In this document: in pieces, positions 31,401 to 38,753 of the stretch
Layout: every line of letters begins with the position of its first letter
How positions within the stretch are numbered: position 1 is the first letter of the stretch
DNA from: Acidobacteriota bacterium
GTDB taxonomy: Bacteria > Acidobacteriota > UBA6911
Direction: 5' to 3'
Assembly (NCBI GenBank): GCA_035506515.1
Contig: DATJPG010000010.1
Span: forward strand, 7,423 to 71,422
Length of the DNA stretch: 64,000 nt
Notes under the pieces: generated by a model
What the model was told of the DNA's origin: nothing
Databases searched by the model: none
What the model saw: only the letters and a program-made list of their open reading frames with translations
Program-made: the position numbers and the translations under genes

Positions 31401-32468
31401 AAGTCCAACGCAGCCCGCTATGCACTGGGACAGGCTTACTACTCTAAGGATCCTAAGTCGCCGAATGCCGAATCAGCCTGGACCGAAGCGATCAACTCCG
31501 ATCAGCATAACCTTGCTGCCTATCTGGCTTTAAGCCAGCTGAAACTGAACGCGGGCGATTATCCTTCCGCTATTCGATATGCGCAGCAGGCGCTGCGTGT
31601 AGAGCAGAATGCCGACGCTCATTTGCTGATGGGAAAAGCCTATTCGGGCCAGGGCGATGGCAAGAATGCAGCGGAGCAATACCGAGAGTATCTGAAAATC
31701 AAACCGGACGATGTCGAGGTTCGTGCATTGGCGAATGCCCTGCTCAGCGGCGACAGCCCAGCCAAAGAGCTGCAAGCCATCAACCGGGAGATTGCCCGGT
31801 CCCCCGACCAGCCGAAGCTCTACGAAATGCAGGGTCAGGTTTATGCCAGGCAAAAGGACTTTGCAAAAGCCGAACAGTCGTTCCGAAAAGCCCTTTCGCT
31901 CGATGCCAACGACTTCGATGCCCATAATCTTCTCGGAATACTCTACACATTCCAGAACCTCAACGATAAGGCGATCCGGGAGTTCGAAAACGCACTGAAG
32001 ATCAACCCCAAGTCTTCCCAGACTTGGTACAAAATGGGATTAATTTATCAGCAGCAGAGCAATCCTCAAAAAGCGATACAGAACTACCGTGAAGCGCTGA
32101 AGATCGATCCGCTGCATGTCGAGGCGGCAAACAACCTGGCGTGGCTGATCGGTGAAACCGGAGGGAATCTGGGTGAAGCGCTGAGTCTGGCGCGTGCAGC
32201 AAATCAGAAAGCGCCCGATGATCTCAATGTGACCGATACGCTCGGTTGGCTGTATTATCGCAATAAAGCGTATCGTTCTGCCGTGGACGCTCTAAAGGAA
32301 TGTGTTGCGAAAGATCCGAAAAATCCCGTGTTTCGCTATCACCTTGGAATGAGTTACTTTCAATTGGCGGATAAAGCGAATGCAAAAGCTTCCCTGGTGA
32401 AAGCGTTGGAATTAAGCCAAAAATTCAGTGGATCAGAGGAAGCACGGGCAATCCTGGCAAAACTATAG
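28464..32468 (+). CDS. prsT: PEP-CTERM system TPR-repeat lipoprotein (PrsT-like), 1334 aa
   Basis: Lipoprotein signal MSSSRRYSAGLLLWALSVLLAAGCSGN, followed by TPR repeats throughout. Confidence 0.8.
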   Translation: MSSSRRYSAGLLLWALSVLLAAGCSGNHQKHIASGKSYLAQGKYNEALIEFRNAVKANPNVSETHYNLAIGQLNAGQFGDAYQSLIKTVQLNSNNTDAQLYLADLLLLESKFDEARLKADLVLKRNPGNLKALIILGNSYSQMIQLDDSAGEIKRGLQREPRFLPSYKDLADRKDARREEKLAEESYAKAAAANPSSVLPKIALANFYMILNRPVESEKLLQEALAQDAKSADVNNAQGFFFLQNQRLAEAEAAYTRVRDAVPNDPLPKIVLADFLMGTGQTDRAMDAYRNLAAESSTNILGRARLANAYLSRGEFDKAGSIIDEILKIDPKDADGQVLHGQLLLMQKKVPEAMQALQTALKTRQTSAQAHYFMGLAQISSGDVQKGESELKTALILDPSLTQAYLALARLKMNSGDFQNAASLARQALDLSPNLDDARLILAGALIKTKDYQNARAELESFVGKNPSNEVGHLRLGEVYRAQGNVQQAEKEMESSLKINPHYADALDSLSDLYLAQGSPQKALDRINRAIEQNPQQAKLYEILGRTYGKMKNYAKAEEAFLKAVSIDPNNATYRQRLGAFYAVIGKNDKSIETLEKLARENPANIGFKFGLANAYFDQKSYGNVDAIANEILKANPKNPEGLLLKGRTLLAQNNAAAAVAPLKQALDVSRDSAEAQYLLGLAYFQLGNRSGAEKAWSDAAQSQNRSAAPAIALAKLKLESKNADEAIRYAQQAKTIDPGNKEAQLIQGSANLLKKDYGTATTDLESYVHACPDDAVGQQRLGTAYLNMGNFARAESQFEAALKIDPASREALVGIANLCMHQKRPEKAIQRINQQLTRLSGPARGGAFTLLAELYFQQKDAVRAEDALKKAIEADLKNPAYRTALAAFYESSGNPGKSAEVMQNLAKEQPGNVSIKKQLAALYTQQKSWEKGIQVIDEVLKLNAKDSEAHVLKSRLLIGQGKVDDAISEARNAVNANPKSNAARYALGQAYYSKDPKSPNAESAWTEAINSDQHNLAAYLALSQLKLNAGDYPSAIRYAQQALRVEQNADAHLLMGKAYSGQGDGKNAAEQYREYLKIKPDDVEVRALANALLSGDSPAKELQAINREIARSPDQPKLYEMQGQVYARQKDFAKAEQSFRKALSLDANDFDAHNLLGILYTFQNLNDKAIREFENALKINPKSSQTWYKMGLIYQQQSNPQKAIQNYREALKIDPLHVEAANNLAWLIGETGGNLGEALSLARAANQKAPDDLNVTDTLGWLYYRNKAYRSAVDALKECVAKDPKNPVFRYHLGMSYFQLADKANAKASLVKALELSQKFSGSEEARAILAKL

Positions 32469-32732
32469 TAGACCGGCATACGTCGGCTGCCGTTTTCCCA
32501 TCTGGCGCTCATCGCGAAACAGCCTGGATTGATCCTTCTCCAATCTCTTCACTGGAATGCGATCTCTGTTGCGGAGTATATCCCGCAGGCGAAGCGAAAC
32601 ATGACGCGATTCGCCAACGAGGCTGATATGGGCGGGAAAAACACACCTGGGCCTGCAGCTTTTGAGCATCCTATGCTCGCAAACTGTCGATGAGTAACCG
32701 GTAGCTGTTTTATAGAGCAAAGAAGCGGGTCT

Positions 32733-34112
32733 ATGTGGCGTTATCTGGTATTGCGGAAGCTAGGTGCGGTTTTTGTGGAGGCAGTACTGCTGGTTTTTTG
32801 TGTCCTGGCAGCGCATGAAATCCGTTTGCCGGAATGGCACATCAGTTCTGCTGTTCGGGACGGAACGCTCCTCAGAGCGATATTGATGGCGGCGGTTTTT
32901 CAGCTCTCGTTGCATTTGAACGATATCTACGGATATATCGGGAAACGACCTTCTAGAGAGTATGTAGTCCGACTGTGCCAGGCACTGGCGCTGGCAACAG
33001 TCGTTCTTTGCGTGGTCTATTACATAGCCCCGGAACTGATGCTGGGTCGAGGTGTTTTCGGCATCGCGGTGCTCTTGAGTTCCGCTTTTCTGGTTCCGTG
33101 GCACACTCTTGTGCGATTTTACGTGGCCACACTTACTCCCCACACGAACCTCCTGGTGCTTGGAACGGGTAACCTCGCACGCGAAGCCGTGAAGGAGATC
33201 CTTGCACATCCGGAATTGGGGATCAAAGTCCTTGGATTCGTGGGTGATAATCCCAAGATGGTCGGCATCTCGATCGTGAATCCCAAAGTAATAGGAGTCT
33301 ATGATGATCTGCCAGCGCTTGTGGCAAGCCACAAGGTCGACCGCATTGTCGTCGGATTGCAGGACCGCCGGGGCAAACTGCCGATCAAAGAACTCCTCGA
33401 TTTCAAAACCCGCGGCATAGCCATTGAGGATGCCACTACCTTTTATGAGCGCGTCGCCGGGAAAATCCCCATCGAAAACCTCAAACCTAGCTGGATGGTT
33501 TTTAATACCGGCTTTTCAGTGACCAAACGAGCGCTGCTGCGAAAACGCATCCTCTCGGTGCTGATATCGTCGGTTCTGCTGGTCCTGTTTTCCCCCGTCA
33601 TCCTGCTCCTCGCAGTTTTGATTAAGATGGATTCGAAGGGGCCGGTCTTCTATCGCCAGGAAAGAGTGGGCCAGGACGGAAAGACATTCACTCTTGCGAA
33701 ATTCCGTTCCATGTTTACAGATGCCGAAGCACAAACAGGGCCAGTTTGGAGCAAGGAAGTGGATGACCGGATCACGCGTGTAGGCCGCTTCCTGCGCCGG
33801 ACCAGATTTGATGAGCTCCCGCAGTTCTATAATGTGCTTCGAGGGGATATGAGCCTGGTTGGCCCGCGCCCGGAACGCCCGCATTTCGTTCAGCAGCTTG
33901 CCGAATCAATTCCTTATTATCCGCTGCGCCACATTGTGAAGCCGGGTATCACAGGATGGGCGCAGATCAACTACGGCTATGCCAACAGCTTGGAGCACAC
34001 GGTTGAAAAGCTGCAATATGATCTTTTTTACATCAAAAACATGTCGTGGGTCCTCGATTCACTGATCCTTCTCGAAACCATCAAGACGGTTCTGGTCAGA
34101 AAGGGGTCATAG
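32733..34112 (+). CDS. epsB: Undecaprenyl-phosphate sugar phosphotransferase (EpsB/WbaP family, PEP-CTERM-associated priming transferase)
   Basis: N-terminal TM helices plus the C-terminal bacterial sugar-transferase domain: LKMDSKGPVFYRQERVG, KFRSM, DELPQFYNVLRGDMSLVGPRPE. Confidence 0.85.
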   Translation: MWRYLVLRKLGAVFVEAVLLVFCVLAAHEIRLPEWHISSAVRDGTLLRAILMAAVFQLSLHLNDIYGYIGKRPSREYVVRLCQALALATVVLCVVYYIAPELMLGRGVFGIAVLLSSAFLVPWHTLVRFYVATLTPHTNLLVLGTGNLAREAVKEILAHPELGIKVLGFVGDNPKMVGISIVNPKVIGVYDDLPALVASHKVDRIVVGLQDRRGKLPIKELLDFKTRGIAIEDATTFYERVAGKIPIENLKPSWMVFNTGFSVTKRALLRKRILSVLISSVLLVLFSPVILLLAVLIKMDSKGPVFYRQERVGQDGKTFTLAKFRSMFTDAEAQTGPVWSKEVDDRITRVGRFLRRTRFDELPQFYNVLRGDMSLVGPRPERPHFVQQLAESIPYYPLRHIVKPGITGWAQINYGYANSLEHTVEKLQYDLFYIKNMSWVLDSLILLETIKTVLVRKGS

Positions 34113-34435
34113 GCCGTTTACTCGCCGGCCTGCCAGCTTTCACTAATTCGTTGTGAAATCCCCCTCTCCGCCGGGGAGGCAGCTAAAGCTTTACAACTGC
34201 GGGAGTAATTGGATGAAGGATTTCCATTAGCTTCCAATGCAAGAACTGTCGGCGCTGTCGCCGTCAATCCGATCGGAGTCGGGATCGGAATCGGCGTCGC
34301 TACCGGGAATCGCTTTTGGGCGCAACCGGCACAGCGCCCAAACCCGATTGCGATATCCGATCCCAACCCCGATAATGCTGCTTAAGCCGCTTTGAAAGGC
34401 TCATGGGCTAAAGCCTCCGGCTCTGCCGAGGATGC

Positions 34436-34966
34436 TTACTTCCGCCTGTTTGCAGGAAATGCGGGCAGGGGCTGTGAATTGGCCTCCAGGCAGGCCTTGA
34501 TGAAGCGGTCGATGAGATTCCGCACAGTTGATCTGATCTGTTCTTTCCCCAGCGAATTGTTTTGATCGCCGATGATCAGGCCGCGTTTCCACGTGACCGC
34601 AAAATCTTTTAGTCCGTTTGCCTCGATCGTCACGCTTTGCCAAAACTCGACTTGCACATATGCGGAATATCCGAAAACGACTCCGGTTTTTGACTTATCC
34701 AGAAGCACTGTAACGGTGACTGCAAGCATAGGGGAATATTTGCTGTCCACTTCCATCCCCGCAGCTCTGAGCTTTTGCTCCACATCGGCCTTCAATTGCT
34801 GTTCTGTCAACCCAAGAGCAGCGGATGCATCATTCAGCCGTTCGATGACCACCTCGCATCCGCGAATATTCTTCAATGTGTGATTTCTTGTATCCAGCTT
34901 TTCATCAGAACGAGCCGTGGAAGATATGAGGCAAAAGACCAATGCGGGAAGGGCAAAAATTCTCAT
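34436..34966 (-). CDS. Secreted hypothetical protein
   Basis: Signal peptide MRIFALPALVFCLISSTARS; no recognisable domain. Confidence 0.4.
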   Translation of the reverse strand: MRIFALPALVFCLISSTARSDEKLDTRNHTLKNIRGCEVVIERLNDASAALGLTEQQLKADVEQKLRAAGMEVDSKYSPMLAVTVTVLLDKSKTGVVFGYSAYVQVEFWQSVTIEANGLKDFAVTWKRGLIIGDQNNSLGKEQIRSTVRNLIDRFIKACLEANSQPLPAFPANRRK

Positions 34967-35205
34967 TCTATGTTTTTCTCCCTGGAGCGCTACATAAGAG
35001 CCGCCAAAAGCCTTCCTTGAAGCATCTGGATGTACCCATTTTACATTCGATGCGAGTCAGTACAAAGCAAGTTTGCCGCATGCTGCATCCAGTCTTTAAG
35101 GCTTTTAAACCATAACAAATATAAATAAACAATAATAAACAATAAAATACGTGACATTTTTGAGAAAGGATGGTTTAATAGAATTACACGCCAAGGAGAA
35201 ATTAG

Positions 35206-35406
35206 TTGTCCAATGAAATCATGACCATCGAGGAGGTGGCTGAGTACCTCCGCCTGAAGCCGCAAACGATTTACACATGGGCACAGGAGGGGAAAATACC
35301 GGCTGCCAAACTCGGCAATCAGTGGCGCTTCAAGAAGTCGGTCATCGATCGATGGTTTGCCCGGCACTTTGACGACAAGTTTAAGGACCTTTTGAATGAG
35401 GAGTAG
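35206..35406 (+). CDS. Excisionase-family (MerR-like) helix-turn-helix DNA-binding protein
   Basis: TIEEVAEYLRLKPQTIYTWAQEGKIPAAKLGNQWRF. AAGGAG RBS 7 nt before the TTG at 35206 (alternative ATG at 35221). AT-rich promoter region upstream. Confidence 0.6.
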   Translation: MSNEIMTIEEVAEYLRLKPQTIYTWAQEGKIPAAKLGNQWRFKKSVIDRWFARHFDDKFKDLLNEE

Positions 35407-35523
35407 CGAAGGCACGTCGATGCCGTCATTCGGTGATTCCGCAAATGATTTATTAAGCATCCGTCAGGAGCGAATTGGTTTTGAGGATCCCAAACTGAAG
35501 AGTTAAGCAAGCAGGAGACTATC

Positions 35524-36234
35524 ATGGCCAACCGGAAACTCTTGTCGTTTGACTTTTTCCAAAGCTTTCACAGCAATGATGCATTCTATGAAAAAATTAC
35601 CGATGAAACGCAGCTCAAGCCCGAGATCTTGAAGCACCTGGTTCTGGTTCTGCTTTTTTCCATAATCTATGGCGCCATCATGGGGAGCTACAACAGCTTC
35701 TGGCAAGCCGTATCCTCGGCCATAAAGATGCCGGTGCTCATTCTGCTTATTGTTGTCATCTGTTTCCCGGCCTTTTATGTCATCCAGACGGTGCTCGGTT
35801 CCAGGCTCTCGCTCGGTCAGATGATATCGATCATACTCAGCGGCTTTGTGTTTATGACGTGCATCATGGTTTCCTTTTCCACGATTGTTCTCTTTTTTAT
35901 GATCACGGGAAGCAACTACAATTTTCTCAAGTTGCTGCATGTCCTGATCATTGTCGTTGCCGGGTTTTTCGGCATGCGCGCCATCGTGGAAGCGCTTAAA
36001 TATTCATGCGAAAAGAAGAGCGTCTACCCGAAAACAGGCGTGTACGTCTTCCGCATCTGGATATTCATTCTGGCGTTCGTCGGGGCTCAGCTTTCCTGGT
36101 CTCTGCGGCCGTTTATCGGCGCCAAAGATGCCCCTTTTGAAGTGGTCCGGCAAAAATACGGCAATTTTTATGTAGACGTTTTGCAGTCGATGGGCTCAAT
36201 TTTGGTTCCTGCCAAAAAGGCACCTGAAAAATAG
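35524..36234 (+). CDS. Yip1-like / DUF-type integral membrane protein
   Basis: Five predicted TM helices; Yip1-like topology. Confidence 0.4.
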   Translation: MANRKLLSFDFFQSFHSNDAFYEKITDETQLKPEILKHLVLVLLFSIIYGAIMGSYNSFWQAVSSAIKMPVLILLIVVICFPAFYVIQTVLGSRLSLGQMISIILSGFVFMTCIMVSFSTIVLFFMITGSNYNFLKLLHVLIIVVAGFFGMRAIVEALKYSCEKKSVYPKTGVYVFRIWIFILAFVGAQLSWSLRPFIGAKDAPFEVVRQKYGNFYVDVLQSMGSILVPAKKAPEK

Positions 36235-36343
36235 GACCGGTTGGGAAAAGTTACTGCACGCGGGGATGCTGGTTGGACACAGCTTGAGTTACCGAAGACG
36301 GGGAAGTGCGCCTTATCAATCGAAATGGACCAAGGGGCCGGAT

Positions 36344-36694
36344 TCAATTTCCATGAGGCTTCGAACGCACTGTTTGCGGCGTCAGTTTGAGATTGGGGAA
36401 CATGCGGAAGAAGGAATCAAGCGATCGGTCACTTCCATCAAAGATCTCGAGTGTGTCGTTGGGCAAGAAATGCCGCTTCGATAACTCGAGAGACTCCAGC
36501 CGAGCAGCTTCCAGAAAAATTTCCAGGCTGGAATAATCCCGATCATCAAGCACGACATACTCGACGATCTCGCTCCCTCTTTTGGTGACAGCAGCAATCA
36601 CTCTGATCATTGTGATGGTAGTATCCCCGAACTCGATAGAGTTCAATCTGCTTGATAGCTGGGGCTGGTTGGGGACATAGTCTCCGACCTGCAC
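36344..36694 (-). CDS. Hypothetical protein (co-oriented with, and 24 nt downstream of, the peroxiredoxin gene)
   Basis: ORF only; no recognisable motif. Confidence 0.3.
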   Translation of the reverse strand: MQVGDYVPNQPQLSSRLNSIEFGDTTITMIRVIAAVTKRGSEIVEYVVLDDRDYSSLEIFLEAARLESLELSKRHFLPNDTLEIFDGSDRSLDSFFRMFPNLKLTPQTVRSKPHGN

Positions 36695-36718
36695 TGATGC
36701 TTCCTGATGCCCGCTGTG

Positions 36719-37264
36719 TTATCGGTTCAACTTCTTTACCTGGCACGCCTCCACGACTTTTGTCGGGTCGATCGCGTCGCTGTCCAGTTGCATCTCTACC
36801 ACTTTGCCACTCTTGTCGATCAGGTAATTCACCCGGCGCCCCGTTTTTTTCTGCAGGTCGTAAAGGCCGTACATTTTCGTGACCTCTCCGCCCCAGTCGC
36901 TCAGCAGCGGGAATGTCACCCCGATTTTCTCGGCCCACGCCCGGTTTGAAAACGGCGAGTCCATGCTCACACCCAGTACCTGGGTATCGGCGGCTTCCAG
37001 CTTGGCGAGGTTTTGCTGGAAGTTCTGCATCTGCCTGCTTCAACCGCCGGTAAACGCGAAGAGGTAAAACGCAAGCACAACACTTTTCTTCCCCCGGTAA
37101 TCGTGTAACGATATCCGCCCGCCGCTCTGGTCGGTCAGCGTAAAATCCGGAGCGACATCACCTGTCTTCACTTTGGGAGGAGGCGTGTTGCCCGGCTGAT
37201 CCACCGCGTAGCCGCCGGGCAACAGACTGCCCCACAGCAGCAATGCCAGCAATACTCGTCTCAT
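36719..37264 (-). CDS. Prx5/redoxin-type peroxiredoxin with an in-frame TGA at the peroxidatic-Cys position: candidate selenocysteine peroxiredoxin (alternatively a nonsense pseudogene)
   Basis: Two same-frame ORFs (37040..37264 and 36719..37030) are separated only by a TGA at 37040–37042. The joined product is MRRVLLALLLWGSLLPGGYA...VVLAFYLFAFTGG-U-SRQMQNFQQNL...LIDKSGKVV..., where AFTGG[U]S aligns with the Prx5 active-site motif AFTPGCS. An 8-bp perfect hairpin lies 17 nt downstream of the UGA. Confidence 0.6.
36994..37022 (-). promoter_or_regulatory. Candidate bacterial SECIS-like hairpin downstream of the in-frame UGA
   Basis: mRNA CUUCCAGC-AAAACCUCGCCAA-GCUGGAAG (8-bp stem, 13-nt loop) starts 17 nt 3' of the UGA. 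Confidence 0.45.
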
Positions 37265-37626
37265 GGACCCCCCCGATCTTTTGTAGCGAATCCCATACAG
37301 GCACTAACTATGCATATTGTGACACACTGTTGGGTGTTTTGCGATACGGCCTTGTGAGGGGCAGCGAAATGGTTTTCGCTCATAGCAAACCCCTCCATCG
37401 TTTGGGTGAGCTATTGAGCAAAATCCTCAGAAAGCAATTTCGAATACCGGATGTACGCGATTATCGAGGAAGTGAAATCTCCCTGTGACTCATCAAGAGT
37501 CCTCGGAAGTAATCTAGTGCGCAGGGCACGGCCTCCGTTCGCACTGATTATTTCCTGGAATGCTGGACCGCAGTGCTCAGAGCGATGGTAGGATAGGCTT
37601 CATTTTCATGGTCGGGGAGGCGAATA

Positions 37627-38082
37627 ATGCGTCTGCATTTTGGAGCAATTGCCTTTATTGTTCTCATTAGCGCGACCTGTTCCAAGTACAACGGCCCGGA
37701 AACTGGTAACAAACGCAGCCAAAACGAAATTCCTGCCGAGTCAGTCGACCTGAATGGGGATGGAGTTGAAGATCGCGTTAGCATCGTTAAGGATTCTGCT
37801 CGTAATGTAACCCTTACCGCCGAAATCAAGCTGCCAAACGGTATCAAAAAAGAATCGCTGAAGTTTTATGTTGCTCGTGGCAAACAGGATGGTTTTTGCA
37901 GTTGGCCTGTTGAACTGATAGCAGAACCCCTTGACTATGATCCTGACCCTGCTGTTGGCCCACTGCAGGGCTATGTGAAATCAGATCGCACCGTCGGTTT
38001 GAGGATCTCAGATGGCGAGTGTGACGATTTCCATCTCTACTGGAATCACGTTAGCCAGAGCATCGACTGGTGGCGTCCATAA
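37627..38082 (+). CDS. Putative lipoprotein, hypothetical
   Basis: Signal peptide with a lipobox-like ISATC; contains a DLNGDGVED calcium-binding-like motif. Confidence 0.4.
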   Translation: MRLHFGAIAFIVLISATCSKYNGPETGNKRSQNEIPAESVDLNGDGVEDRVSIVKDSARNVTLTAEIKLPNGIKKESLKFYVARGKQDGFCSWPVELIAEPLDYDPDPAVGPLQGYVKSDRTVGLRISDGECDDFHLYWNHVSQSIDWWRP

Positions 38083-38263
38083 GCTTCTCGCCTAGCATGT
38101 TCTCGCTTAAAGAGGAACGCTGTATCGACTGTTTCAAGAACGATTGTCCATAAGTCGCAATGCGGTAAATTATACCCAATCCGCTCTCCAGAGTACTGGT
38201 ATCCGCGCATAGCCGAGCACAAGTCCGAATCTGGAGGCGCTCCGGATGTTTATAGACTTCTGT

Positions 38264-38295
38264 CGTTTTTCTGTTGACAGGCATATAGACATGGG
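38264..38295 (+). promoter_or_regulatory. Putative sigma70 promoter with an embedded palindromic operator upstream of blaI-like gene
   Basis: TTGACA at 38264–38269. The palindrome TAGACATGGGTCTA (38276–38289) lies in the spacer. A -10-like TACATA/CATAAT follows at 38288–38295. Confidence 0.45.
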
Positions 38296-38351
38296 TCTAC
38301 ATAATAATATGGACGCGATCACTTCCCACTTCCGATATCAGAGGATGTACC

Positions 38352-38753
38352 ATGACCGATAAAAATGTCCCGACAGCCGAACTCGAGGTGCTGGCCTGCA
38401 TTCGGCAAATGGAGCAGGCAACAGCGAGGGAGATCCGTGAGCGTATGCACTCATACCGGCCGATGGCTCATGGCTCTGTCGTGAACCTGCTCAAGAGACT
38501 CGAAGCGAAGAAACTCATTACCAAGAAGAAGGGGCCCGTGGGTAAAGCCTTCGTCTACCGGCCGCGCGCCGCCACGGCATCGATCTATGAAGGCGTGCTG
38601 AACCGGCTTTTGAATCGTATCTACGGTGGAGATAGTTTGGCCCTGGTGGCTTCATTATTTGAAACCCGGCCGCCGGATATCCGTGAACTGGAGAAATTGG
38701 AGGAGTTGCTCGAAGAGCTGCGGGCAAAGCACAGCAGAAAGGAATTGCCATGA
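38352..38753 (+). CDS. BlaI/MecI/CopY-family transcriptional repressor
   Basis: Winged-helix N-terminus [39 protein letters not shown], and a C-terminal dimerisation helix. Its ATGA stop/start overlaps the downstream M56 gene. Confidence 0.85.
   Translation: MTDKNVPTAELEVLACIRQMEQATAREIRERMHSYRPMAHGSVVNLLKRLEAKKLITKKKGPVGKAFVYRPRAATASIYEGVLNRLLNRIYGGDSLALVASLFETRPPDIRELEKLEELLEELRAKHSRKELP

Noticed and set aside
28397-32732. Sigma-54 (-24/-12, TGGCAC-N5-TTGCW) promoters upstream of prsT and epsB as PrsR targets
   Set aside because: I scanned the two upstream regions by eye and found no convincing GG-N10-GC match with correct spacing. This needs a PWM scan.
34118-34379. 82-aa minus-strand ORF, a 50-aa plus-strand ORF (34227..34379), and a short imperfect tandem repeat (GATCGGAGTCGG / GATCGGAATCGG)
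   Set aside because: Both ORFs have low-complexity (P/I/T/S) products and no RBS. The region is a convergent intergenic gap after epsB. The repeat is only two imperfect units.
36546-37043. 165-aa minus-strand ORF overlapping the peroxiredoxin locus in another frame
   Set aside because: Arg/Gly/Pro-rich low-complexity translation of the alternative frame. The peroxiredoxin frame has clear homology motifs.
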